Assembly: GCA_023818895.1 (NCBI GenBank)
Contig: JAMWCX010000003.1
Span: 210,001 to 242,000, forward strand
Direction of reading: 5' to 3'
DNA from: Candidatus Omnitrophota bacterium
Lineage (GTDB): Bacteria > Omnitrophota > Gorgyraeia > 2-01-FULL-45-10
Length of the DNA: 32,000 bases
Below the pieces are notes generated by a model that saw only the letters and a program-made list of their open reading frames with translations, was not told the origin of the DNA and did not search any database. Below are positions 8,602 through 17,689 of this stretch, one piece after another. Every line of letters begins with the position of its first letter. Within the stretch, counting starts at the first letter, position 1. A program made the translations under genes and the position numbers.

Positions 8602-8679
8602 TGGCGGGGACGACGGGGCTCGAACCCGCGACCTTCAGATCGACAATCTGACGTTCTGAACCAACTGAACTACGTCCCC
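8602..8679 (-). tRNA. tRNA-Asp (anticodon GTC), CCA encoded
   Basis: Minus strand reads GGGGACG TA GTTC AGTTGGTTC AGAAC G TCAGA TTGTCGA TCTGA AGGTC GCGGG TTCGAGC CCCGT CGTCCCC G CCA. The cloverleaf is complete, with GTC at positions 34-36 of the 7-nt anticodon loop. Confidence 0.95.
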
Positions 8680-8693
8680 AAAAAGCAGAGGTA

Positions 8694-9041
8694 TTATATA
8701 ACTATTGTTTTTTTCTGGCAAGTTTTTTTATCGGGGCCTTTTGATCGGAAAGTGCGCCGATTCGCCCTGTCGGCTTTTAATAGCGCCTTCGCGCTTTTTT
8801 GCTTTATTATCTCTAGTTTTTCGCTACGGGTAAGCTTCTTTATGAGAGCCTCTTCCCTACGAGCGGAGGATTCGTCGCGAAATGTATTCATATAAACCAG
8901 TTTCACAGGAAGCCTTGACCTGGTGAACTTAGAAGCCTTGCCGCTGTTGTGACGCTTTATACGCCTGTTGAGGTCGGTAGTAATTCCGGTGTAGAGGGAA
9001 TTGTCGGCACACTGAAGGATGTAGAGGGTCCAGAAAATCAT
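8694..9041 (-). CDS. Small GIY-YIG nuclease-superfamily protein (UPF0213/YhbQ-like) with a basic C-terminal tail
   Basis: WTLYILQCADNSLYTGITTDLNRRIKRHNSGKASKFTRSRLPVKLVY...REEALIKKL contains the GIY...YIG(YTG)...R...E core of the standalone URI-domain family. The last ~35 aa are Lys/Arg-rich. No clear SD. Confidence 0.75.
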   Translation of the reverse strand: MIFWTLYILQCADNSLYTGITTDLNRRIKRHNSGKASKFTRSRLPVKLVYMNTFRDESSARREEALIKKLTRSEKLEIIKQKSAKALLKADRANRRTFRSKGPDKKTCQKKTIVI

Positions 9042-9113
9042 ATATTAAGGATTAGGTGGACTGCCCTCCGAAACATTCTTTTTCCGGCCACACCTGCCAA
9101 TAGAGGTAAAGGA

Positions 9114-9189
9114 TGGTGGGCGGAAGAGGGCTCGAACCCCTGACTTCCTCGGTGTAAACGAGGCGTTCTACCAACTGAACTATCCGCCC
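9114..9189 (-). tRNA. tRNA-Val (anticodon TAC), CCA encoded
   Basis: Minus strand reads GGGCGGA TA GTTC AGTTGGT AGAAC G CCTCG TTTACAC CGAGG AAGTC AGGGG TTCGAGC CCTCT TCCGCCC A CCA. Good cloverleaf with one G-U in the T stem. It starts 11 nt after the ntpK stop. Confidence 0.95.
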
Positions 9190-9200
9190 GAAATTTAATA

Positions 9201-9656
9201 TCAGGCCCCGGCGAGTTTTCCTAACACACCTAACGTGAAAGCCATAACGAAGAGGGCGACTGTTTCTATTACACCAAGAACTATGATGTAATTACCAAAT
9301 CCCTTGCCGGTCTCACCCAGCGCGTCCGCGGCGACAGCGCCGGCCATCCCCTGAAAAACTGCCGATACCCCTATAGCAAGGCCGGAGAAAATTCCTGCCG
9401 AGCTTGGGATGCCCCTGCCACTAAGCTCTGCCATCTTGTTCATGACTATCATACCGTATATGGTCTGCGTAAGAGGAGCGCCAACGAATGCGACCATAAC
9501 GAAAGAGGCGGCCTTATTCTGCATAAAGGCCTTTTTCCAGGCCCCTATTGCTGCCATGCCGGCGACACCCGCCCCCCATCCTGAACCGACAGCAGAAAGG
9601 GCCAAGACAGCGCCAAGCCCTATGTCCTTAAATTGCATCAATGCTCCGCCTTCCAT
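9201..9656 (-). CDS. ntpK: V/A-type ATPase proteolipid subunit K (c), 4-TM double hairpin
   Basis: 151 aa with a Gly/Ala-rich TM1 (GLGAVLALSAVGSGWGAGVAGMAAIG) and an ion-binding Glu in the last helix (GVIETVALF). Last gene of the V-ATPase cluster. A strong SD (AAGGAGAG) lies 4-6 nt upstream of the ATG at 9656. Confidence 0.85.
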   Translation of the reverse strand: MEGGALMQFKDIGLGAVLALSAVGSGWGAGVAGMAAIGAWKKAFMQNKAASFVMVAFVGAPLTQTIYGMIVMNKMAELSGRGIPSSAGIFSGLAIGVSAVFQGMAGAVAADALGETGKGFGNYIIVLGVIETVALFVMAFTLGVLGKLAGA

Positions 9657-9671
9657 AAATCTCTCCTTTGT

Positions 9672-11447
9672 TTACTTTTCCCTGAATGGCCTGTAAGCGA
9701 ACCCTTTCCATGAGATATCAGCATGAGAGCAAAACTCAAGTACGTTTAGCCTGACGCCATGGACAAGAACCGACATCGGGCCAAGCAGAATGTTGAGCCC
9801 ATGGCCTATGAAAAGTATCAACACCGTCACAAAAGACGAAAAGATATTACCGAATCCCACATCCTTGGCCATGGTGTTAAAAGAATCGGCCATCGCCACG
9901 GTGGCAAGGCCGACGGCAAACAGGCGTATGTAAGAGACGACATCCGTAAAACTGTTGACGAAATTGCCGGCCAGCGCGCCCACTCCATGCCCCACGCCCT
10001 TGATTATGTTCTTTGATGGACTGGCAAAGAAGAGCACAAGCAAGGCCCCAACCATAAAAAGCCATAACACCTGAGGCGGAAAGTCCTGGCCGAGAATTAG
10101 GAGTCTGGCCAGAAAAAAACCTCCCCACAATATCAGCGTCCACCCTATATCGCAAAGAGCCGCCACGGAAGGAATCTTAACCGTCGCCCTCCATAGATGT
10201 GCGATGCTTAGATGAAGAGCTCCCATGAAGAAACAAAGCGATTGAACGTTCCTGTCGTCTCTAAGAGCCGGTAAAAGCGGCCTTACGACACCGTGCAGCC
10301 ATTCCTGGCCGAAAAGCGCGCCCGTCAGAATACCCCATATGATAGCACAACAGCTGAATATATAAAATAGGTAAAAGGCCGATTTGTCAGAGACGCGTTT
10401 ACCTAATCGAGCGTTGGCAAACAATGTAATAGCAAGGAATACCGAGCCGTATCCAGCATCTCCTATAAGCATACCAAAAAATATGGATAAAAATATCAAA
10501 AACCATAGGCTCATATCAAGCTCTTTATAACCGGGTACCACCTCTATCAGCTTGAAGACGGGGCTTATTATCGAAATCCACTTTGGATTCCTTATCAATG
10601 TAGGGACAGCATCGTCTTCCGAAGGATCGGTCACCCATATCCCCCATCTATTACTACAAGCCGATTCCTTCAAAAAACTGACGCTGTCATATGGTACATA
10701 GCCAACCAGATATGCTATCTCGCCGGAAGACCCCATGCCGTGAATCGCCTCGTGAAACTCAAGCTCTTTTGAAAATGCGTCACGTATCTTAATGAATCTT
10801 TCAAGATAAAATGTATACTTGCGCAAGGAATCCTTAAGGAGACGCATCATCTCCTTGTCCTCAGCAAGACGCGATCTCATCTCGGCAAGGCCCATGGCGG
10901 GAAGGGCCTTTTCTTTAAAAGGCAGACTTATCTCCTGTCTTGAGATAAGAGCGCAGCGCAAAAGCCCTTTATTACGCTGATCGCCTATCTTTTGCACGAT
11001 TATGCCGGCAGGCACTTCATTTATGCGGTCAGAAGGTATCTCGTAAAGTTTTACGAAGATGTCCTTTTTCTTCAGGTCTTCTATCGCTGCCGGATCGAAA
11101 TCGCCCCACGGTTCCCACTCGGCTATTCTGGCGTTAAGGCCTATGCCATATTCCTCAAGGTGGTCTATTCTGGCTCTAATGTCAAGCACATGCTTGGCAA
11201 CAAAGCGCCAATCCTGCAGGATCTTAGCTGGTTTAAGGCCGCTTGATCCCTTCATCTCCGGAGATGATAATATGCCTATTACCTTGGAAAGAGTTGCTAT
11301 ATCTTCATAAAGTGAAGCTATATCGGCGCCTTTCGGAACTTGCTGGTGTTCTATATGGAGGACCCCCATTGATCTCAATTTGGAAGCGGTTTCTTTAGAG
11401 TCTTCCGAGCGTACGATTATAGCCACCTTCTTCATCGGAACTATCAT
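9672..11447 (-). CDS. ntpI: V/A-type ATPase subunit I (a), membrane stator
   Basis: 591 aa with a soluble N-terminal half and a polytopic C-terminal half that carries the essential-arginine motif SYIRLFAVGLA. Sits between the D and K genes. The start could instead be Met5 (MKKVAII). Confidence 0.85.
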   Translation of the reverse strand: MIVPMKKVAIIVRSEDSKETASKLRSMGVLHIEHQQVPKGADIASLYEDIATLSKVIGILSSPEMKGSSGLKPAKILQDWRFVAKHVLDIRARIDHLEEYGIGLNARIAEWEPWGDFDPAAIEDLKKKDIFVKLYEIPSDRINEVPAGIIVQKIGDQRNKGLLRCALISRQEISLPFKEKALPAMGLAEMRSRLAEDKEMMRLLKDSLRKYTFYLERFIKIRDAFSKELEFHEAIHGMGSSGEIAYLVGYVPYDSVSFLKESACSNRWGIWVTDPSEDDAVPTLIRNPKWISIISPVFKLIEVVPGYKELDMSLWFLIFLSIFFGMLIGDAGYGSVFLAITLFANARLGKRVSDKSAFYLFYIFSCCAIIWGILTGALFGQEWLHGVVRPLLPALRDDRNVQSLCFFMGALHLSIAHLWRATVKIPSVAALCDIGWTLILWGGFFLARLLILGQDFPPQVLWLFMVGALLVLFFASPSKNIIKGVGHGVGALAGNFVNSFTDVVSYIRLFAVGLATVAMADSFNTMAKDVGFGNIFSSFVTVLILFIGHGLNILLGPMSVLVHGVRLNVLEFCSHADISWKGFAYRPFREK

Positions 11448-11496
11448 ACACTCACCGATCTTTCTGGCATACCGCTATATTCGGCCATTCTAACGG

Positions 11497-12120
11497 TCAT
11501 ACGGCTGCCCTTTCTACCGCTTCTATAGCCTTCTCTATCTTATTCTTGGCCATCTTGCTACGGCCAACGGCATTAGTCATCTGGTCGCCTATATATATCT
11601 TTATTCGCCTTATCGCATCTTCGGCTTCTGGGATCTTTATTTTTTCAAAAAGGTTCACTCTCTGAGTCGTGGTGCGAAGCTCCTGTTTAAGTATCTCCAT
11701 GCCCTGGCGCAGGACCGCTATCTCCTCCCTCAATGCCTTTATGGCACGAAGGGCTTCCAGCCCTCCGTCCACCCAGAGGGGCATAAGAAATAGATCGTAT
11801 TCTGCCTTGTCAAACTCGGCCCTTTCATAGACGGGAATATCGACACCGGCTATATTCTTGAAGGTAGTGATAATCTTGGACGGCGAAAGCCACCGACGGA
11901 GATCCACTTCGGGATCAGAGAGAAGTCCGGCCCAGATTTCCGCATCACGCATCTTCTGTTTTTCGCGCAATTCCGCCGCCTCTATGAAAGAGGCCTGATG
12001 GAGTATCTCGGTCTGGAGCTGTTGTTTTTTAAGCTGAAGTGTCGGCAGATACCTCCTGTATTGGCGCAAGGCGTCTCTCTGCTTCTTCAGTTCACCCTTT
12101 GTGTATTTTATTTTTGCCAT
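11497..12120 (-). CDS. ntpD: V/A-type ATPase subunit D (central stalk)
   Basis: MAKIKYTKGELKKQRDALRQYRRYLPTLQLKKQQL... is a ~200-aa coiled-coil protein typical of subunit D. It lies after B. Confidence 0.85.
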   Translation of the reverse strand: MAKIKYTKGELKKQRDALRQYRRYLPTLQLKKQQLQTEILHQASFIEAAELREKQKMRDAEIWAGLLSDPEVDLRRWLSPSKIITTFKNIAGVDIPVYERAEFDKAEYDLFLMPLWVDGGLEALRAIKALREEIAVLRQGMEILKQELRTTTQRVNLFEKIKIPEAEDAIRRIKIYIGDQMTNAVGRSKMAKNKIEKAIEAVERAAV

Positions 12121-12136
12121 TGTGCTTATATTCTGC

Positions 12137-13447
12137 CTATGATGTTTGCGTCGTCTTCTTGGGCCAGTACTTCTCTATGAGGGATTTTTTTATGCCGGTC
12201 TCTTCCGGAAGGAAGCATTCGGCCAAGATATCCCATCCGAGATCAAGAGCCTTCTCAAGAGGAATGTTTACTTCGAGCGACATCATATGCTTTTCGAAAA
12301 GTCGACCGTACTTCAGGAGTTTTTTATCCCATGAGCTCATCTGGAAACCCATGGCCCTCTTTTCAAGTGTCTCGCGGTAATTGGCAAATAGCTGAATCAT
12401 GGTGTCCATTATCGTCCTATGGTCATCCCGCGTTTTGCCGTTCACCTGCTGCTTTAGGCGGCTTAAAGAACCGAATGGCTCTATGACATGATTTTTTAGA
12501 TAGAATTGACCCTCGGTGATGTAGCCGGTGTTATCCGGCACCGGATGGGTGACATCATCGCCGGGCATTGTAGTGGCCGCAAGTATCGTTATTGATCCTG
12601 CTGTGTCAAAATCGACCGCTTTTTCATATCTGGCCGCAAGCTGGCTGTAGAGGTCACCTGGATATCCCCTGTTCGAAGGTATTTGTTCCATGGTAATGGC
12701 TATCTCCTTAAGGGCATCGCAGAAGTTTGTCATATCTGTAAGTAGCACAAGGACCCGCTTCCCTTCGAGAGCGAAGGCCTCCGCAACCGCAAGGCTTATA
12801 TCGGGAACCAACAGACATTCGACTGTTGGGTCGGCCGCTGTATGCATGAAAAATATCGACCTTGGCAACGCGCCGTGTTCCTCAAGAATGTCCCTGAAAA
12901 AAAGATAGTCGTCGTGTTTGAGCCCCATGCCACCCAGGATTATGATATCCACCTCAGCCTGTATCGCTATCCTGGCAAGCAGGTTATTGTAGGGCTCGCC
13001 CGCGACGGAAAATATCGGCAACTTTTGGGATTCCACCAGAGAATTGAACAGGTCTATCATCGGTATGCCGGTACGTATCATCTTATTGGGTATGACGCGC
13101 TTGACGGGGTTAACCGGCGGACCTCCTATGTCGATCATGTTTTCGGATAATGCCGGCCCGTTGTCGAGAGGGGATCCGCTCCCGTTGAAGATACGTCCTA
13201 AAAGATTGGGTCCGCTTGCCACACGCATTGGGTGGCCCAAGAATCTCACCCTGTCGCCCGTAGAGACGCCGCGGCTTCCGGCAAATACTTGTAAAGATAC
13301 GTTCTTCCCGTCAATCCTTATTACCTGGGCAAGAGAACTGCCGCGTTGGGTCTGGATATGCGCTATCTCATTATAGCCTATGTCTTCGGCCTCGACCATG
13401 ATAACGTCACCGGCTATCTGAAGGATATTTGTGTATATTTTATGCAT
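12137..13447 (-). CDS. ntpB: V/A-type ATPase subunit B (non-catalytic)
   Basis: 436 aa with alpha/beta-family blocks (GQRIGIF-like [63 protein letters not shown]). Overlaps the A stop by 8 nt. Confidence 0.9.
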   Translation of the reverse strand: MHKIYTNILQIAGDVIMVEAEDIGYNEIAHIQTQRGSSLAQVIRIDGKNVSLQVFAGSRGVSTGDRVRFLGHPMRVASGPNLLGRIFNGSGSPLDNGPALSENMIDIGGPPVNPVKRVIPNKMIRTGIPMIDLFNSLVESQKLPIFSVAGEPYNNLLARIAIQAEVDIIILGGMGLKHDDYLFFRDILEEHGALPRSIFFMHTAADPTVECLLVPDISLAVAEAFALEGKRVLVLLTDMTNFCDALKEIAITMEQIPSNRGYPGDLYSQLAARYEKAVDFDTAGSITILAATTMPGDDVTHPVPDNTGYITEGQFYLKNHVIEPFGSLSRLKQQVNGKTRDDHRTIMDTMIQLFANYRETLEKRAMGFQMSSWDKKLLKYGRLFEKHMMSLEVNIPLEKALDLGWDILAECFLPEETGIKKSLIEKYWPKKTTQTS

Positions 13448-15194
13448 TAACCTTCTCCTGTCCGGCCTTCAAATAGGCCTTGAGCTTGGTTATAACTTCT
13501 GATTCTATTGATTCGAACTCGTTCGATCCCCACCCAGCAGAGTTCCAGCCGCGGAATAACTGTCTTAAGGCCTGAAAAAACTTCAACGCATCTTCCTTAT
13601 CCTTAAAATCGAACTGGGATGCTAGTATGTTGTCGTGGATAAAATGCATCATGTATTTCTGCCGCTCTTCCGATGTCGCCTCATCGACCTTGTCAAAGGC
13701 GTTCTGCTGCAGGTAGACAAAATCAAAAAATTCGCCTTTCAGATAGTCAACGTAATCTTCCAGAGATGTGCCTTCCTCGCCTATAACCTTCATCATCTGC
13801 GCAACGTCATTGGATCTGCGCAACGCCATGTGAGCGGCTCTGACCTCTTTCTCTTCAACGAAGCTTTTGTATTTCGACCAGCTGGTGAGAGGATCTATCG
13901 CGGGATACTTGCGCGCGTCCGAACGCTCGCGCGAAAGCCCGTGAAACGCGCCGACGACTTTAAGAGTCGCTTGAGTGACGGGCTCCTCGAAATTGCCGCC
14001 AGCCGGGCTCACTGTTCCGCCTATCGTGACAGAGCCGGTGGAGCCATCGTGGAATTTCACTATGCCGGCTCGCTCGTAGAATGACGCTATCCTGGACTCA
14101 AGATAAGCCGGAAACGCCTCTTCGCCGGGTATCTCCTCTAGCCTGCCGGACATCTCCCTCATGGCCTGCGCCCACCGCGAAGTGGAGTCGGCAAGCAGAA
14201 GGACATTAAGTCTCATCTGACGGTAATATTCCGCGATTGTAACGGCTGTATAGACGCTTGACTCGCGCGCCGCGACCGGCATGGAACTTGTGTTGCAGAT
14301 TATGACCGTCCTGTCCATCAGGGTCCGGCCGGTCCGCGGATCTGTTATGGTCGGAAAGGTCTTGAGCGTCTCTACGACTTCTCCTGCGCGTTCGCCGCAT
14401 GCGGCTATGATAACAACATCGACGTCCGCATGACGCGATGTAAGCTGCTGTAATACCGTCTTGCCGGCGCCAAACGGGCCAGGTATGCAGTATGTTCCCC
14501 CAAGGGCAACGGGAAACAATGAATCTATAAGACGCATTTTTGTGACAAGCGTCCTTTCGGGTTTCAGTTTCTGGGAGTAGGCGCGGATCGGTATTTTGAC
14601 CGGCCAGTTTTGCTTCAAATAGACATCATGATGCCGGCCGGACGAATCCTTAAGCCGGGCTATGGGCCTGGTGAAATCATATCTGCCGCGTTCTTCTATA
14701 TGCGTTACCTCGCATTCCTCTTCGATGCTGAAAGGAACCATTATATAATGCTTGAATATCTTCTCAGGCACCACTCCAAGTTTGTCGCCGGCGCGCACAC
14801 AGTCGCCTTTTTTCGCGATAGGACTAAAATCCCATTCCATCATATCAGGCAGCGCCTTCAGATAAACGCCTCTTCTAAGGAAAAAACCGCATTCCTTAGC
14901 GAGCTGCGGCAGTGGATTCTGTAATCCGTCGAATATCTGCCCCAGCAGCCCTGGCCCAAGTTCGACCGACAGAAGCTCTTCGCTGAATTCCACCTCCTCG
15001 CCCACCTTTAAGCCGCTGGTATTCTCGTAAACTTGCGTCTCCGCGCATTTACCCCTGACACGGATAACTTCGGCCTTTAGGCGCTCGTTTCCGTGTATGA
15101 TATAGGCCACTTCGTTCTGCACAATGAAGGAATCGGTCTCGACCTTTACCATATTGCCATTTATGGCGGTTATCCGCCCTTTTCTCTTTGACAC
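13440..15194 (-). CDS. ntpA: V/A-type ATPase catalytic subunit A
   Basis: 584 aa with Walker [10 protein letters not shown], Walker B-region [19 protein letters not shown], and the non-homologous insert characteristic of V/A-type A subunits. Length is normal, so there is no sign of an intein. Confidence 0.95.
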   Translation of the reverse strand: MSKRKGRITAINGNMVKVETDSFIVQNEVAYIIHGNERLKAEVIRVRGKCAETQVYENTSGLKVGEEVEFSEELLSVELGPGLLGQIFDGLQNPLPQLAKECGFFLRRGVYLKALPDMMEWDFSPIAKKGDCVRAGDKLGVVPEKIFKHYIMVPFSIEEECEVTHIEERGRYDFTRPIARLKDSSGRHHDVYLKQNWPVKIPIRAYSQKLKPERTLVTKMRLIDSLFPVALGGTYCIPGPFGAGKTVLQQLTSRHADVDVVIIAACGERAGEVVETLKTFPTITDPRTGRTLMDRTVIICNTSSMPVAARESSVYTAVTIAEYYRQMRLNVLLLADSTSRWAQAMREMSGRLEEIPGEEAFPAYLESRIASFYERAGIVKFHDGSTGSVTIGGTVSPAGGNFEEPVTQATLKVVGAFHGLSRERSDARKYPAIDPLTSWSKYKSFVEEKEVRAAHMALRRSNDVAQMMKVIGEEGTSLEDYVDYLKGEFFDFVYLQQNAFDKVDEATSEERQKYMMHFIHDNILASQFDFKDKEDALKFFQALRQLFRGWNSAGWGSNEFESIESEVITKLKAYLKAGQEKVNA

Positions 15195-15213
15195 CGCATC
15201 GCTCCTTAATTAG

Positions 15214-15759
15214 CTATTTTTCAGCGCTTCCTGCCAATACCTCCTCAAGAAGGCGCTTTCCGTCCGCCGTATTTATCCTATCCCACTTTTCCAGTATCAA
15301 AAGCTTTACACCGTATATCACGAGCGCATCCATATCGAAATAGTGGCCCACGGAAAATTCATCGAGTTTGCGCCAGCGCTCAAGATCAAGTTCCTTTTCG
15401 GCTTCGAATAAAGAGGGTTTGCGATAGGCATTTATCGCTATATGCGCCGCATGCGACGATTCCGGGCGGCCATCTGGCCTTAGATACTTAGCGGGATTAA
15501 CCTTTTTTCTTGAGGCCCTTATTTCAACCAGTTCGTTCCGCACCATGGCATCAAAGGCCCGCCACTTTCTTAATGTTGGGTTCTTTATCTTGTGGGATGG
15601 TACCACCTCCGCGTTCTTAAGGCCACTTAGCGCGGAAAATTCTTCGTCGGATACCAGCGTCTTGCAGGTCGCCAGAAATTTCTCGAAACTTAAAGGCGGT
15701 TTAGCCCCGAAGGAAAGCGCCGGCAGGCTTGAGATAAGATATATGAAATAGGAAGCCAT
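15214..15759 (-). CDS. DUF2764-like V-ATPase-associated protein, function unknown (possible substitute for a missing stalk or C/d subunit)
   Basis: 181 aa. The N-terminus SYFIYLISSLPALSF resembles the YYYLxxxLPxL opening I recall for DUF2764 proteins. Those proteins occupy the same slot between E and A in Bacteroidota and Chlamydiae V-ATPase operons. The call rests on this motif and on synteny only. Confidence 0.55.
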   Translation of the reverse strand: MASYFIYLISSLPALSFGAKPPLSFEKFLATCKTLVSDEEFSALSGLKNAEVVPSHKIKNPTLRKWRAFDAMVRNELVEIRASRKKVNPAKYLRPDGRPESSHAAHIAINAYRKPSLFEAEKELDLERWRKLDEFSVGHYFDMDALVIYGVKLLILEKWDRINTADGKRLLEEVLAGSAEK

Positions 15760-15783
15760 TTTTGGTCTCGAATTTCCTGTTTT

Positions 15784-16389
15784 CTAGACACTCTCTTTTA
15801 GTATTTCGGCCAGATACGGGCTCAGTTGCGATGAAAGATATTCGGCTAAAGCTTTTTCGGTGAAATCGAAATATGATTTGCCGCCGTCATAGCTGATGGT
15901 AAATCCACTCCGGATACCGGAAGAGCTTTTTAGCGTTATGCCCTTTTTGGCCTCCGCACCGAGCTCGGCGAAGAGCGTCTTTTCTACCTTCTCAAGATCC
16001 TCTTTCCTTAAGGATATGACAACCTTCTCCCTGCTGTGAGGAGAACAACCCTTTATCATCGCTATCAGCATGCCGGCAAGTTCTTCCGGCGAGAGCGTCT
16101 TGTGGATGTGCAAAGTAATTATCCTGTCAAGCATGGCTGCTATTTCTTTTTTTAAAGATATTAGGATGTCTCGGGAGGCCTGTTTGAGTGATTCTCTTGC
16201 ACTTGCCTCAATCTTGGCCGCCTTTTCCGCGGCCTCACTCAGGATGCGCCTGGCCTCCTTTTCCGCCTGCTGTATTTTCTCCTCCGCGCGGCGCCTAGCC
16301 TCTTCCTCGATTTGCTCAGCTTTAGCCTGAGCGGCTTTTATGCCTTCTTCCTGTATCTTGGCTATAAGTCCTTTTAATTCTTCCGCCAT
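15784..16389 (-). CDS. ntpE: V/A-type ATPase subunit E (peripheral stalk)
   Basis: 201 aa. N-terminal charged coiled coil (IEEEARRRAEEKIQQAEKEARRILSEAAEKAAKIEA) followed by a globular C-terminal domain. First gene of the cluster. SD AGGAG upstream. Confidence 0.8.
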   Translation of the reverse strand: MAEELKGLIAKIQEEGIKAAQAKAEQIEEEARRRAEEKIQQAEKEARRILSEAAEKAAKIEASARESLKQASRDILISLKKEIAAMLDRIITLHIHKTLSPEELAGMLIAMIKGCSPHSREKVVISLRKEDLEKVEKTLFAELGAEAKKGITLKSSSGIRSGFTISYDGGKSYFDFTEKALAEYLSSQLSPYLAEILKESV

Positions 16390-16402
16390 ATTGCGCTCCT
16401 GT

Positions 16403-16972
16403 CTACTTGCGCGAGCCAGGCTTAATTACCGGCATGCCGGCCCTGCATAAGGGACAATCTTCCGATTTGTATGTTTCCACCTTTACTTTCGCCAGCGAGG
16501 CAAATTTTACTCCGAAATTAGGAGGCCTATCACTCCTGTCTATTATGCTCCCGACGCCAGCTATGATGCCGCCGCATGTTTTCACTACCTCTATGACCTC
16601 ATTTGTAGACTTTCCGGTAGTAACAACGTCCTCTACCACAAGGGTCCTCTCTCCTTCAGAGATAGAGAAGCCGCGCCTCAGCATCATAATACCTTCTTCT
16701 CTCTCGGTAAAGATACCCCTTACACCCAGAGATCTCGCAACCTCGTAAGCGAGCGTCACGCCCCCTAAGGCGGGTCCGACGACCAGGTCTATCTTTTCCC
16801 CCACGAACCTTGCGACAAGCGCTTTCGCTAATTTTTCCGCTATATAGGGATATTGCAAAACGAGCGCGCATTGCAGATACTTTTCACTGTGTAGCCCGCT
16901 CGAAAGCTTAAAATGCCCTTTGAGGAGGGCCTTGTTCTTCTCAAAAAGATCCAATACGTCTTTTTCCGTCAT
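16403..16972 (-). CDS. pyrE: Orotate phosphoribosyltransferase
   Basis: 189 aa with PRPP-binding motif LVVEDVVTTGKS and an N-terminal FKLSSGLHS-type orotate PRTase block. Last pyr gene, overlapping the pyrF stop by 4 nt. Confidence 0.9.
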   Translation of the reverse strand: MTEKDVLDLFEKNKALLKGHFKLSSGLHSEKYLQCALVLQYPYIAEKLAKALVARFVGEKIDLVVGPALGGVTLAYEVARSLGVRGIFTEREEGIMMLRRGFSISEGERTLVVEDVVTTGKSTNEVIEVVKTCGGIIAGVGSIIDRSDRPPNFGVKFASLAKVKVETYKSEDCPLCRAGMPVIKPGSRK

Positions 16973-17682
16973 TGCCCAATCTCTTTCAGGATGCGTCTTG
17001 CCGCCCCTGCCGGGTCCGGAGCTTCTATGACAGGCCTACCCACCACTATGAAACTGGCCCCATCGCGTATCGCGTCCGCCGGCGTGGCTATCCTTTTCTG
17101 ATCCTGAGCCTCTGTCCACGTCGGCCGCACTCCCGGCGTCACTATAATAAAATCTTTACCAAGCTTTTGCCTGATGAGCGCGGTCTCTTTTGGCGATGCC
17201 ACAACACCATCTAAACCCGCGTCCTTCGCCAATACGGCAAGGCGCAACACTTCTCGGTTTATATTATCATCTATACCGACTTTCTTCAACGCCTTTTCAT
17301 CCATGCTGGTAAGAATGGTGACGGCTATAAGTTTAGGTTTTTCTATCTTCATTCTTTGCGCCTCAATCATCACGCTTTCTGAGGCTTTTTTCATCATCTC
17401 ATACCCGCCAAGAGCATGGACATTGACCATAAAAACACCAAGCCTTGTAGCCGAAAGCACTGCCTTTGAAACGGTATTCGGTATATCATGAAATTTCAGG
17501 TCGAGAAAAACTTTAACGCCGTTCTTTATAACCGCCTCCACAACGGACGGCCCACACGATGAGAAGAGCTCAGAACCTATTTTGACTGCGACAACCTCGC
17601 CCTTCAGCTTGTCACAGAGGTCCAGTGCCTTCTTTTGTGTATCAACGTCTAACGCAACTATAAGTCTATTCTTCGGCCCCAT
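16969..17682 (-). CDS. pyrF: Orotidine-5'-phosphate decarboxylase
   Basis: LIVALDV...VKIG...FLDLKFHDIPNTV...IVVGRPV are the canonical OMP decarboxylase motifs. Confidence 0.92.
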   Translation of the reverse strand: MGPKNRLIVALDVDTQKKALDLCDKLKGEVVAVKIGSELFSSCGPSVVEAVIKNGVKVFLDLKFHDIPNTVSKAVLSATRLGVFMVNVHALGGYEMMKKASESVMIEAQRMKIEKPKLIAVTILTSMDEKALKKVGIDDNINREVLRLAVLAKDAGLDGVVASPKETALIRQKLGKDFIIVTPGVRPTWTEAQDQKRIATPADAIRDGASFIVVGRPVIEAPDPAGAARRILKEIGQ

Positions 17683-17689
17683 ACGTCCT

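Noticed and set aside
8394-8651. 85-aa plus-strand ORF in the AT-rich spacer
   Set aside because: It runs through the minus-strand terminator hairpin and into tRNA-Asp on the opposite strand. It has no SD and no motifs. The region is better explained as terminator plus promoter spacer.
9042-9113. Weak hairpin CCGGAAA...TTTCGG between tRNA-Val and the GIY-YIG gene, considered as a terminator
   Set aside because: It has only about 6 bp including a G-U pair, an 8-nt loop and no U-tract. This is not sufficient to call a terminator or a regulatory element.
13440-15194. Possible intein or frameshift in the V-ATPase A subunit
   Set aside because: The ORF is uninterrupted and of normal length (584 aa), with contiguous Walker A and B regions. 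There is nothing to suggest an insertion.
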